Assembly: GCA_000442015.1 (NCBI GenBank)
Contig: KE561038.1
Coordinates: 1-64,000 of the forward strand
Direction of reading: 5' to 3'
Origin: Rozella allomycis CSF55
Lineage: Eukaryota
Length of the DNA: 64,000 nt
Below the pieces are notes generated by a model. The model had not been told where the DNA came from. It saw nothing but the letters and a program-made list of their open reading frames with translations, and did not search any database. Numbering within the stretch: the stretch's first letter is position 1; each line of letters begins with the position of its first letter. Shown here in pieces: positions 15,135-26,763 of the stretch. The translations under genes were made by a program, and so were the position numbers.

Positions 15135-17096
15135 TCAGTCCCAGTTTTCTTCTTCATAGTCTTGTCGCTTCATTTTCTTGGATGTTTGGTTAACGTCATT
15201 GACTCTATATTCATCGTATGCGGCTTCTTTTATCTTCTGCCATTGCCTTTTCATTCTATGAATTTTGTGCTGGCGATAACCAACGTAGACCAAAGCGAAA
15301 GCAACCATAGCACCCCCAACACTCCCGCCTGATATTACCGTCAAAGTTTGATCATCAACTTGAATGTAAACACTGAAAGGACTGTAGTTTATTGTTTCTC
15401 CGTTCAACTTAACGTTAATGTTTTGAAAACCACTCTTTGAGGGTTTGTATTCTACTGCGAACTTTCCCGGTGATATAGGAATAACGATAGGAATAGCAAC
15501 GTCCGGGTTGGAAAAACTTACTGAAACTTTATCGCCATTTCTAGATTGAAGAGCCTGTTCAATCCCAAATAGATCATACAATACAACAATAAATCTACAT
15601 AACGCGCCAACCTTACAAGAACTTACACCCTCCCCGATCACTTTTGATAGTTTAGCACTCGATGGAGCATACGCATGTAATTGAAATCCTGACCAAGGAA
15701 CTGGAACTGAGTATAGAGACACATATAGACTATAATTTCCAGAGGCAAAAAATGTCAAATTAACCGAAAATATCCCGTTTCCTATGTGTTTTACATCCAA
15801 TAAGCTTGATCCTCCCTGCTCTCGTGCTAGTTGCACCTCAAACTGTTTGCTGGTATCACCTTCAATACGTGGATTCTCATTTCCATATGCATCCTTCCCA
15901 ACAAGATAAAAAGAGTAAGTTTGAGTAGAGTTATATATTACATTTGAAAAAAGTCCTTCAAGTTCAATATTCAGTGGGCTAAGATAACCTGGAGTAACCA
16001 AGAAATAATTGGCCAGAGGACTGTGAGAAATGTGTTCCCCTTCCTGAGTAATACCAACACGATAGAAACCCACTGAAGAAATCGGGCCAAAATTGATTAC
16101 ATAAAAGTTTGTTTGATCACTTCTTGTAGAAAAAATAGACAAAAATGTAAAGTTGGTTCCTGTAGTAGCATTTGCAGCGTCCAGCAATGTCAGTGTCAAT
16201 GAGTAAACCCTTCTATCATCTCTTCTTGGCGGAATAATATTTCCAAACTCATCAGTTTCTTTAATTAGCAATGTCCCGCTTGACTGTGATGTCATTCTAC
16301 TTCGGGTGAAAAAACTTGTATCGGCTATTGAGCTGGATACATCGGGCTCCCCCGCAATCACTTTAATAGGTACAGGGACGCTTGATAATGGCAATCCAGA
16401 AACAATGACATTTAAATTAATTTGACCGGTAACATTTGCTGAAACTCTGACCAGGACACCCTCCGAATCTAGTGAAGATTTAGTTACAGTGGCAAATCTG
16501 TTGGCCGTAGTTGAAGATGTAGAATCAAAACTTGTAGAAACATAGCTTGCTGATATCGTCACATTATCTGGTGTTAACGGTAAAGGGTTCATGTATTTGT
16601 CGATTGCTAACACCGTAAATGTGAATGAGACACCTGCAACTATTTGCAGTTCCGTTTGTGATGGAATATAACCTACTATTACAGGCTTTGTTATAACTCC
16701 AGGACGAAAATAAGCAGAGCAATTACCACCAACAGTAATAGAGTTGTAGAATACTTGGACTGTATAATTACCGCTAACAGCAACTTGTAAATCTGAAAAC
16801 CATGTCCCATCATTGCTTGAATATGCATAGTACAGTGGCAATGAAACTGGTTCAACAGTTCCTGTTACGTATGGCGAGATGGTGTTGTTCTTAGGTGTCA
16901 AAACAGCTCTAAAATTCATATTTGTATCTATATAGGTGTTATTGTTAGTGTCTAAAGCCTTGATATTCAAATACCCTTTTTCTTCCACGCTACCTGTTCG
17001 AATGGATGAGCACAAGAATATACTGTTTGTTGGAGAAAAAACCGCAGCTGCTTCCATGGCGAAGAAAATACAAAAAATTATGGCTTTTAGCAGCAT
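15135..17096 (-). CDS. Type I membrane protein with multiple filamin-type Ig-like repeats, intronless
   Basis: Signal peptide; repeated D(K/E/A/L)(Y/F)(G/M)N strands, G.Y.V motifs, HISHSP/INYSPFSV repeat ends; TM VISGGSVGGAMVAFALVYVGY followed by a basic tail. Confidence 0.75.
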   Translation of the reverse strand: MLLKAIIFCIFFAMEAAAVFSPTNSIFLCSSIRTGSVEEKGYLNIKALDTNNNTYIDTNMNFRAVLTPKNNTISPYVTGTVEPVSLPLYYAYSSNDGTWFSDLQVAVSGNYTVQVFYNSITVGGNCSAYFRPGVITKPVIVGYIPSQTELQIVAGVSFTFTVLAIDKYMNPLPLTPDNVTISASYVSTSFDSTSSTTANRFATVTKSSLDSEGVLVRVSANVTGQINLNVIVSGLPLSSVPVPIKVIAGEPDVSSSIADTSFFTRSRMTSQSSGTLLIKETDEFGNIIPPRRDDRRVYSLTLTLLDAANATTGTNFTFLSIFSTRSDQTNFYVINFGPISSVGFYRVGITQEGEHISHSPLANYFLVTPGYLSPLNIELEGLFSNVIYNSTQTYSFYLVGKDAYGNENPRIEGDTSKQFEVQLAREQGGSSLLDVKHIGNGIFSVNLTFFASGNYSLYVSLYSVPVPWSGFQLHAYAPSSAKLSKVIGEGVSSCKVGALCRFIVVLYDLFGIEQALQSRNGDKVSVSFSNPDVAIPIVIPISPGKFAVEYKPSKSGFQNINVKLNGETINYSPFSVYIQVDDQTLTVISGGSVGGAMVAFALVYVGYRQHKIHRMKRQWQKIKEAAYDEYRVNDVNQTSKKMKRQDYEEENWD

Positions 17097-17172
17097 TGAA
17101 AGTTAAATGTAAACAAAAGCAATTCGAGTCGTCGGCGTCATAGCAATAAAGTTTAAAATTCAAATCAATTTT

Positions 17173-17431
17173 TTATTGTCGATTGTCGTTAGTTTGAAGA
17201 ATATTTCTTGAATAAAGATTTCTAAAAGGTTATACCTTAATTGGATAGAGAAATCATCTTCTACGTTATCATCATCCCAGTTATCTTCCCATTGATTCAC
17301 GTCTAGAATTTCTTCTTCATCCTCATTCCAATCTATAATATTGTTTCGGATAGCTTACCTTCGGCTAAAAACTCCTCAAATTCATCATCCTCCTCTAGGA
17401 CTTCCAAATAGCCTGAAGTGACTTCACCCAT
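17173..17431 (-). CDS. SEM1: 26S proteasome subunit Sem1/DSS1
   Basis: LEEDDEFEEF..DW...WEDNWDDDNVEDDFSIQLR after two introns. Confidence 0.93.
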
Positions 17432-17684
17432 TTTCAGAAATTTACAAAAAGAATTTACTAAAAAATGTTTTAAAACAAACGCTCTCATGTTTTGTAGATG
17501 CTCATCGATAAATCTTTCAGTTATAAAAACCATTCATTTGTCCCAATGCATTGTAATTTGTGATTCAATAATATTTTTAAAATGGTAAATATCAAAATCT
17601 TATATTTATACCATATATGAGTGGGTTGTGATCCAAATTTGCACTCTAGTCCAATTTCGAAATTTGAAAATTTCAAATTTAGAA

Positions 17685-18278
17685 ATGTCGAAAGAAACCC
17701 CAAAATCGCCAGCATCAATAACACAAGAGCTTGAGAAAGAAAATAAACCAAATGCTGAAAAGACTGAAGCCAAGCAGCTTGTTATCGATCGTGAAGAGGT
17801 ATAAACTAGCTTGTTTTTTTTGAAAAAGGTCTGTCCTATGTACTTACGTATGTTTTGTCGGAATGGTGGGCATCATAGGTAATAATACCTTTTATGATTT
17901 AGCCAGGCTCTCCGATTTCGCCCATGATAAACAGCCTATAGACGATGAAGTTTCTGTGTACACTTGGCGTGATGCCACGTTAAAAGAATTAACAAAATTG
18001 ATTCAAGAGATCGATATAACCGCCCGTAGAAAGGACATCAAGTAAATAACCCACTCATTTAAAACTCTAGATTTACATTCCGTATTGTCTACCAAGAAGT
18101 GACTACAGGAAGGTTCAACTTTAGAAACGTTGGTACTGTAAGAAATGGCAGGCCTACTGCTGACGATGATTTGACTCTTGAGCAAATTAGATTTATTCAA
18201 GGCGACTTTATTGATATAGCCATGATTCAAGAAACCAAGCGCATTCAATTAAACCGAGACAATCGAGGGGGATTTTGA
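17685..18278 (+). CDS. SAP18: Sin3/ASAP complex subunit SAP18
   Basis: IDREEVCPMYLRMF..GGHH, VYTWRDATLKEL, DDDLTL...FIQGDFIDIA. Confidence 0.92.
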
Positions 18279-18359
18279 GTAAATAAAACAATATTTATTC
18301 TCCATTTTTACTACACCGTTAGTCTGTTACCATTGGTGAACCCTTGCAGTTGTCTTTGG

Positions 18360-19146
18360 ATGGATTTCATGGATCCAAACCCAAATATTCATGATCTTTT
18401 TATGCAGTTTAATAGGAAAATTTTTGATAATAAGTTGTGTAGTGTTGAAGTCAAGTGGAGCAAGCGTATGACGCTTTGCGCTGGAATTTGTGTTTACCAA
18501 CCTCGATCAAAGTATTGCTGTATTAAATTAAGCGAGCCACTCTTAAAATTTAGAACAAGAAGAGATCTTGTAGACACCTTGCTTCACGAAATGATTCATG
18601 CGTTTCTTTTTGTAACTGAAAACAACACGGATCATGACGGACACGGCCCGAATTTTCAGTTCCTCATGAATGATATTAATCGTAAAGGTAAAGATAATGT
18701 ATATTAAGTATAGAAAACACAAGCATATCTATATATCATAATTTTAGGGATGAAGTTTCCTTTTATCGAACCCACATTTGGCGATGTAATGTACTTATAT
18801 TTAAGATGATTTAATGAAGGGAAAATGTAGAGCAATGCCGCCATTTTATGGTTACGTCAAACGAAGTATGAATAGAAAGCCACAGCCCGCAGATTATTGG
18901 TGGAAGGAACACGAGAGAACTTGTGGAGGAGAGTTTCAAAAGATATCAGAACCCGAAAAAATCAAGAAAGTGCCAAAAAATGTAAAGAAAGAAAGGGCAA
19001 GGGCAAAAGTAAAAGGCGATAAAACTTTGGACAAATTCATACACCACACAAACAAAAAGTCAGCACCCGAAATAATCGAGATTTTGTCTTCAGATTCTGA
19101 CATTTCTGGCCAAAAAGAAGATAACAATTTTATTATTATCGATTAA
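18360..19146 (+). CDS. SPRTN: SprT-family DNA-protein crosslink protease (Spartan-like)
   Basis: VKWSKRMTLCAG, LSEPLLKFR, TLLHEMIHA, HGPNF, PPFYGYVKRSMNR, CGGEF; TLDKF PIP-like end. Confidence 0.9.
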
Positions 19147-19539
19147 ATCAAAAGGAGTATTTATTGTTAATGAATTTGAAGATATTCATATCGCGCATAA
19201 AAATCATAGTCAAGAAATGATAAATAAAATCGGATGGGTCGATTATATGCAATATCTCTATTGCACTTACTGCATTTTGAATTTTCTATTCTATTCTTAT
19301 TCATTGCGCAAATTCCAATTCAAAGATATCAGCTATCAGTATTCGTCATTTACAAAGCATCGAGCTAAAAAAATGGGATACCCGATCGTTATATTTCATT
19401 TTAAAGAAATATAAGAACTGAGGCCTTCGAGGGGTTTTGTAAATGCAATGTTGACGGTACAAACCATGAAGTTTAGATGGAAGATAAAAATAAGCTTTCA
19501 TATTTTCCTATATAATCACCGGTCAAGAGTATAAATCTC

Positions 19540-20892
19540 ATGATTCAAGAAATATTGGGCTTAACGAAGGAAACAAGTACTTCCACTCAACCAATTTACA
19601 GTGGGGACATGATGAAAGCAGTTTTATTTGGCGGGAACAAATGCGTGGAGGTAAATTTTAAAGATAATTTATAATAAGGTCAAGGAAGTTCCCAGACCTA
19701 AAGTTACGGAGCCTAATGATGCTGTAATCAAAGTGCTTGCATCGACAATATGTGGATCTGATTTACACCTTTATCATAATGCAATACCTGAAATGAAGAA
19801 GGGTGATATTTTAGGACATGAATGTGTAGGTATTGTGGTAGCCATAGGTTCTAACGTCAATACTATCAAAAACGGTGACAGAGTTGTGGTGTCTTCAGTG
19901 ATCGCATGTGGTCAATGTGAGAATTGTAAGACAGAGAGTTTCAGCTTGTGTGATACAACTAATTCTTCTGGATTGATGGAATGGTCATACGGGCAAAAGA
20001 CTGCAGGACTATTTGGATACTCGCATCTTGTAATGTATTTGCACCTTAAGCATAGACTGGAGGATATCCAGGTGGCCAGGCGGAATACTTACGTGTTCCG
20101 TTTGCGGATATTAATTGTTTGCCGATTTCTGAAGAAAAGCTTTCCAACGACATCTTGGTTCTTTTAAGTGATGTATTGCCTACCTCTTGGCATGCTTGTG
20201 AGCTTGCAGAAATTTCGAACGAAATGAAGGTTGGAATCTGGGGAGCGGGTCCCATTGGTTTGATGACAGCTAGATGGGCTTTGCTAAGGGGAGCTAGTCC
20301 TGTTATAGTTGTTGATAAAATACCATCTAGGCTGGAAGCGGCCAGATCTATAGGTTGCTTGACAATTAACTATGAAACACAGGATCCACTCAAAGTTATC
20401 AAAGAAACCTACCCTCGAGGGTTGGATGCTGTTGTTGATTGTGTGGGATTTCGATATGCCAAGAGCTGGACTCATGCAATCGAAAGGACATTGAAAATGG
20501 AAACTGATTCAATCGACAGTCTCTCTGAATGTATATACTGTGTTAAGAAAGGAGGAAACATAGCCATTATCGGCGACTATTTAGGGTATGCCAATCATTT
20601 TCCGTAATTATATTTTATAAAGACAACTCAGTATCGGTGCAATGATGGAAAAGGTAACGATAAATCATTTTTCTATAATTTAAAGGGTTTAACCGTTCGC
20701 GGGGGTCAATTATATTGCCAAAAATATTGGAAGAAAATTTTGGATATGTTAGTAAGTAACCAGGTTGATCCTTCATTTTTAATCACTCATCACTATAATC
20801 TTGAAGAGGCAAGTGAAGCTTACAAACTATTCGACGAAAAAGTTAACGGAGTCTTAAAGGTGATACTCAATGCTAATCAGCGTGAAGAATAA
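19540..20892 (+). CDS. Zn-dependent MDR alcohol/formaldehyde dehydrogenase-like protein
   Basis: ICGSDLH, GHE, CGQCENC...C, GGQAEY, DVLPT, GAGPIG. Confidence 0.9.
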
Positions 20893-20994
20893 ATAAAGAA
20901 ACTCATTTTAATTCTACATTTAGAGTATTTTTATTCAAGGGTACCTATTGAAATTTGTAAAAGCCTCACTTTCATTTCGAAATTTTAAGACTAA

Positions 20995-22040
20995 ATGGTG
21001 TCATCTAAAGATATTTCGAATTCCATTTTAATTGGTATTAGGTAGGTCTATACTTTTGGAATTTCAAAGTGGGTGTTCCTGTTCGGGTAAAACGACATTG
21101 TCAAATCTGTTAAATGATTTAATCCCTTCAAGCATAATTAGAGAAGACAATTTCTACAAAGTAACTTTTNATTTTAAAAAGTGGGTGTTCCTGTTCGGGT
21201 AAAACGACATTGTCAAACCTGTTAAATGATTTAATTCCTTCAAGCATAATTAGAGAAGACAATTTCTACAAAGTAACTTTTTCATGATTAATTTACTTTA
21301 GACTGACAAGGAAATTCCTTTTGTAAATGGTTATCAAAATTGGGATTGTCATGAATCGTTAAGGTTCGAAGAGTTTGTCGATGAAATTAAATGCCTTAAG
21401 CATAAAGAATTCGTACCATTGGTACACTCGAGGGTTGAATTTTACAATGATGCACATCATTCAATATTAAAAATTAAAGAAAAGAGCAGGTTAAATGTAA
21501 TATAATTATCCAAATTGTATTAGTTTGTATTTGTTNGCATGAAATTGAATGCCTTAAGCATAAAGATTTCGTACCATTGGTACACTCTAGGGTTGAATTT
21601 TACAATGATGCACATCAGTCAATATTAAAAATTAAAGAAAAGCGCAGGTTAAATGTAATATAATTATCCAAATTGTATTAGTTTGTATTTGTTGACGGCT
21701 TCCTTATGTATCACAATCCTAAGTTACTTGAACTTTTGGACATAAAGATATTTTTAAAAGCAAGCAAAGAGACGGTAAAAAAACGGAGAAATGAAAGGGA
21801 TGGATATGTTACAATAGAAGGTAAATTAATGCATTTCTCAAAATAGGGTTTTGGAAAGATCCCCCAGACTACTTTGAAAATGTTGTCTGGCCCAATTACC
21901 AAAAATACCACTGCAGCACTTCAATCCAAAACATCATTGCTCTTGACACAGAAGAAAACAATATCGAAGAAGTATTAAACATAGCCCTTATTGAAATCAA
22001 TAGAGCATTAAAAGCTAGATTCACATTAATGCATCAATAA
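20995..22040 (+). CDS. NRK1: Nicotinamide riboside kinase (two N-join duplications inside)
   Basis: IGISGCSCSGKTT, EDNFYK, NWDC, VDGFLMY, RRNERDGYVTIEGFWKDPPDYFENVVWPNY. Confidence 0.85.
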
Positions 22041-22150
22041 ATAGATAGTTTTTTTCTGGAAGCTATTATTTATTATACATTCATTCTATAAATAGTAAAT
22101 GTGTCACCAGATTTAAGTATCCAATTTTTAGAATCATCCAAGCCACATCG

Positions 22151-23743
22151 ATGAAAATTTTGTTGTATTTTATAATCCTATTTTGTTCATGTTTATGTTT
22201 GCTAAAAAGAGATTTAGATGGATCTTGTTCAGAATTTAATATCCATAAGACTGGTATCGCCTTGCGATACAGAGGATCTTGTAACGGAGAAAAATTGCCT
22301 TGGAAAAGTGATTTTGACAATGCTGATTTAATCAAGCCAGATTCTTTTTATGTTTCTATTTACGGTCGGTTTAACGATGAGCCTATCAGGGTAGAAAGAT
22401 ATCCATATGATCATGTTATGCAATACCACAGAACAGATTCAATTAATGATCGATGGCCAGAGGATCATATTGTTGTAGAAAACATGGAAAAATATTCATA
22501 TTTAAATCATAATCTTGAAAATCAAAGTCTGTACTATGTGATATCATTTACTTACCGATACATGAAGGAAGGAAATGTCAACGAAGTTGTTTTGAACCAG
22601 GGTTGGCTATACCCGAAATCATGCATTATTTCCTCGGGGGCATCTGGAACAGAAATTGACGTTTCCGAAGGTGCAAATTTGTCATTTCATTTTTGGCTGA
22701 AAATTAAGAATCCTAAAGATAACAAGGCATGCAATTTTAATTTTAACAAAATTAAAGTATATTTAGACTTGGTAAAAGATAAAGTGGACAATGTGGGTTT
22801 GGTGCCGAAACTTTACGAGTACTACGCAAGTTATCTTAAAGATTACCTAACTATACCATTGGATATCGATAAAAGTGAATTGAAAGCGGATGCAGCTATA
22901 TTGAATTTTCATTTTACCATCCCTGCAGAACTTGGCACATGGGTTGGGGATTTGTATACTATTCGCGTTTACACTAATGCAATTTCAAACATCAGCGATA
23001 CCAACTTATTGTTTTTAGGGCCCAAGATAAAAATATTCAACGGGAGAAAGATTTATGAAGACGTAAAGCAAACATTCGATGTTGAAGTACGTGTGAAGCA
23101 GCAAGGTGAAATAGTGTATTTTATTCCCATGTATCAAACAATAAGCGCAGATAATACCGTTTTAATTCATCCTGACTGTAAATTTTCCAAAATATTACCA
23201 TTTTCTTTAAGCATGTCGAACAGATCAACTGAATTTGAAGTTCTCCTCCCCGAAGATTATTATAATTACTTGAACACTATAGATTATTGTTTACAAGTTT
23301 TTAGCCCTCCAAATCCACATTTAAATGAAAAAGCTGTTAGATTATTTTCTAAACGGGAATTAGTTCCTATTTTTGATTTTGTCTCGACAAGATTACAGCC
23401 ATGCCCGAATTTGGATGAATTTGAATCAAAAATAGTATTTTATGTTCTTTTACAAAACGAGCCTTATCCAGATGATGCAGGCGGTGTTTTTTATCTAAGG
23501 AATTCATTCATCCCTGATGACTATATTGATATTCAAATTATGTTTGATTCAGAATCTGGCGCAAGGCGAATATCTGTATCTTTTGAAACTCTTTATGGTG
23601 GAGAAAGAGGAGAAATTTATGTTCCAACTTTAAATCCTGGCCGCCCATTTGTTACCCCTGAAATTGCTACTATCGACTGGAAGGGTGTCAGGAGAATTCA
23701 CAAATTCCAAAATCGGATAACTTGTACAAAAAATACAAAATAA
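22151..23743 (+). CDS. Secreted hypothetical protein, 530 aa, intronless
   Basis: Uninterrupted ORF; signal peptide MKILLYFIILFCSCLC; no recognised domain. Confidence 0.75.
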   Translation: MKILLYFIILFCSCLCLLKRDLDGSCSEFNIHKTGIALRYRGSCNGEKLPWKSDFDNADLIKPDSFYVSIYGRFNDEPIRVERYPYDHVMQYHRTDSINDRWPEDHIVVENMEKYSYLNHNLENQSLYYVISFTYRYMKEGNVNEVVLNQGWLYPKSCIISSGASGTEIDVSEGANLSFHFWLKIKNPKDNKACNFNFNKIKVYLDLVKDKVDNVGLVPKLYEYYASYLKDYLTIPLDIDKSELKADAAILNFHFTIPAELGTWVGDLYTIRVYTNAISNISDTNLLFLGPKIKIFNGRKIYEDVKQTFDVEVRVKQQGEIVYFIPMYQTISADNTVLIHPDCKFSKILPFSLSMSNRSTEFEVLLPEDYYNYLNTIDYCLQVFSPPNPHLNEKAVRLFSKRELVPIFDFVSTRLQPCPNLDEFESKIVFYVLLQNEPYPDDAGGVFYLRNSFIPDDYIDIQIMFDSESGARRISVSFETLYGGERGEIYVPTLNPGRPFVTPEIATIDWKGVRRIHKFQNRITCTKNTK

Positions 23744-23850
23744 AAGCGAAATTGCGTTGAATTATATCTATTTATTCTTCGAGGGAACATTTGCCTTGTA
23801 GATAAATTTGACTTGAAGATTGAACATTTTGAATGGACCATCAANTATAT

Positions 23851-24384
23851 CTATTTATTCTTCGAGGGAACATTTGCTTTTGCTTTGGCTGTTGACCTTC
23901 CGTCCTCTTTTCTGGTGGCAGAACTTTGTTTCGTTTTAGAGTAAGCGGAGCCTTGATTTATATTCATCGTATTTGACGAAATAGATTCAGACGTTTCTGT
24001 GTATCTTTTTCTGGTCCCATCCTTCCTTGAAACTGTAAGTTTTAACCTTTCACCGAGACCTTGATCAATTAATGGAACATAATTGCTTGCATGTGAATCA
24101 TCAGATACATTATCCTACTCTAATTCCACAAGTTATAATACATCGACAACTTTCAAAAGAATATATGTTCCTCTGGGTTCAAGATACTTTTTGGCATATT
24201 CTTTGGGTTTGCTCTGTAGGTCTATAACTTCTCCGTTTTCAGTAGCAAGGTCAACTTGCTCAGGAATATCATCAAATCCGCATGACTTTTTAATATGGTT
24301 TAAAAACACTATAGAGACGCAATTAGGATTGAATATTTTTTCTTCATTTGCTGAATGACGACAAATTATACTTATTACATCCAT
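23851..24384 (-). CDS. CXorf65/C22orf15-like protein
   Basis: IFNPNCVSIVFLNHIKKSCG...VDLATENG...YAKKYLEPRGTYILLKV...YVPL pattern; one intron; low-complexity tail. Confidence 0.55.
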
Positions 24385-24473
24385 ATTTTACGTTTACAAA
24401 AGTCATTGTTTACATAATGACCAATTTGTCGACTTCACTAATTTTCTCTTAAGTTGTAAATTTCGCAACTGAA

Positions 24474-26067
24474 ATGTTGAGGCCAAAAAATAGGCAATTG
24501 ACAAGACATCTTGTTTGTTTGTCTCAAAACTTTTCCCGAAACTTTTCATCGCAGCCTCTTGAAAAAAATGATTTTCCATCTAAACAACAAAATCCGAAAC
24601 TTAGTTTGATACGATCGGTTCTCCAAGAAAATCATGGAATTTCTAGACATGCTATACGGCAGTATTATATAAAAGACGCAAGTTTTTACGCTCACCAGAA
24701 AGATGTTTTGTTTCAGACATATGCCAATGGACTTGGAGAGTCTTCTTCTCAGATATCAATCCCTATCACAGATTTATTAGAAAATAATGTTCCCAAGTTT
24801 ATTTCCGAGTCTTCAAACTTGCAATGTTTTGGATTGCATTTGATAGATAGATTCACCGATACGATATTTGTTGCCCAAACGATTGTTGACGCATTGGCAA
24901 TATATTCATCAACTGGGATACCTGCTATTGTAATTATGAATCAGAATTTTAATTTTCTTGAAAAGTTGGGCTTCGTTAAAAATATTTTTGTTTGGTTTCA
25001 AGCAGGATACGAACAAGACGCATTCAATGTCGCTGATTCGTTGGGAATGTTTCGCACAAAAGTAGTATTGAGTCATCGAAATGGCGAAGGACCTATGTCA
25101 CCACTTGAAGCGTTCAAAGATGGTCTAGATTTAATCGAAGTTGCCAAAAATGGCGGGAAGAATTTAAACGTTAAAAGTTTTTCAGCAAACGATATTTTCG
25201 ACTCGGCTTGGAATCAATTTTCGTCATTGTCTAACATGCCAGGCGTTCCTTTGAAATCATTGCCTTCGTACAATAAAATTTTGAAAGGTTTAAGGCAAGG
25301 TGAATTGACAATTTTCACTGGGCCTACTGGTTCAGGCAAGACTACCGTTTTATCTCAAATCTCTTTAGATTTTTGTTCTGGAATTCCGACTCTTTGGGGC
25401 AGCTTTGAAATCAGAAATACAACTTTAATTAACAAAATGCTTCGACAATACAGCAAAGGGAATTTGCCGAACGATCCTGTCAAATACAAGAGTGTTTTTG
25501 AAGAGTTTCAATCTCGAATGCCAATTAATTTTATGGGTTTCTATGGCTCAACGCCTTTTACAGCCGTAAAGAATGCCATCTACAAAGCCGTTGAAGAAAA
25601 GGGAATTAAACATGTCGTTTTAGATAATCTACAGTTTATGGTTTCCGATCAGCATAATGGTTCTGTTGATAGATACGCTTTATTTGATAGTATTATTGGC
25701 AGGATTAGAGATTTAGCTTCTACGTTAAATATTCATGTTACATTGGTGATTCATCCTAGGAAAGAAGAGGATAATGAGCCATTGAAGATCAGTTCGATAC
25801 ATGGAACAGCCAAAGCATCGCAAGAAGCTGACAATATAATAATTCTACAAAGACTCCCTAATACGACGTATTTAGATATCAAGAAGAACCGATTTGATGG
25901 TACCTTGGGTAAAATTGATTATGAGTTTGATCCAAAGTCACTCAGGGTATATTTAATCTGTTTCAATTAATTAGATCGTAGAGGTTACAAAGAATTTTGA
26001 AAGTTCCAGTTCACAGAAATATCCAAACTTTAAATACAATTCTTACAATTACAAAAAGAAAGAATAA
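24474..26067 (+). CDS. TWNK: Mitochondrial Twinkle-type SF4 DNA helicase
   Basis: Mitochondrial-like presequence; LKGLRQGELTIFTGPTGSGKTT, TLWGSFEI, HVVLDNLQFM, HVTLVIHPRKE, GTAKASQEADN, KNRFDGTLG; last exon after intron 25948-25974. Confidence 0.92.
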
Positions 26068-26134
26068 ATTATTTGCATTATATTGTATTACTTTTGTTTA
26101 AGTTATGTGCTGTGGCTAAGTCAATAATTTTTTG

Positions 26135-26735
26135 ATGACAAGACCTTGCAGACGAAGAAAAGTTAAAAACCCGCGATCAGTTGTATCTAGAAGAGTCCAA
26201 AATAAGCATTACAAGAAGAAAATAATTCACAATGCGATTGTCCGTGAAGATTGGAATCACGACCAAACTTTACTTGAAAATTATAAACAGATTGGATTAA
26301 GAACAAGACTTAACGATGGGTTAACAAAGAAATCTGTCGCTGATGCTGTTTCAATATTAAACATTGATCAGATTGAAGAACTTGTGGAGCAAGGCCAACT
26401 TGTTGATAAGACTTTTGAAGTTGAAAATGCCGATAACAGTGAACCAACTCCAGTAGTTAAAAGTAATTTTTTAATTGTTTACAATATTTTAGAATTGGAA
26501 GAAAAGGCAGAGAGACTAAATAGCGCCAAAACAGAGAAATATTTTTCTCTTCAAGAAATAGAATTTATCAAATCAATGATCAAGAAACATGGCGGTGATT
26601 TTAAGGTAAACTTTTGAATTAATTTAGATAAAGGCTATGGAAAAAGATAAAAAGTTGAATGTTTGGCAAAATACAGCAAGGCAACTAGAAAAGAAAGTTA
26701 CCCGATTTTTATCTTTAGGAGAAGAGGAACAATAA
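26135..26735 (+). CDS. NOP16: Nucleolar protein Nop16
   Basis: WNHDQTLLENYKQIGL, MIKKHGGDFKAMEKDKKLNVWQNT. Confidence 0.85.
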
Positions 26736-26763
26736 ATGATTAATAAAAAATTAGCAATGATGT

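Noticed and set aside
19540-20892. Possible recent bacterial transfer of the dehydrogenase (also considered for ECM4)
   Set aside because: Both carry several host-type micro-introns, and both families are common in fungi.
21062-21700. Tandem exon duplications in NRK1 resembling mutually exclusive exons
   Set aside because: Each pair is centred on a single N and is near-identical, so it is an assembly join.
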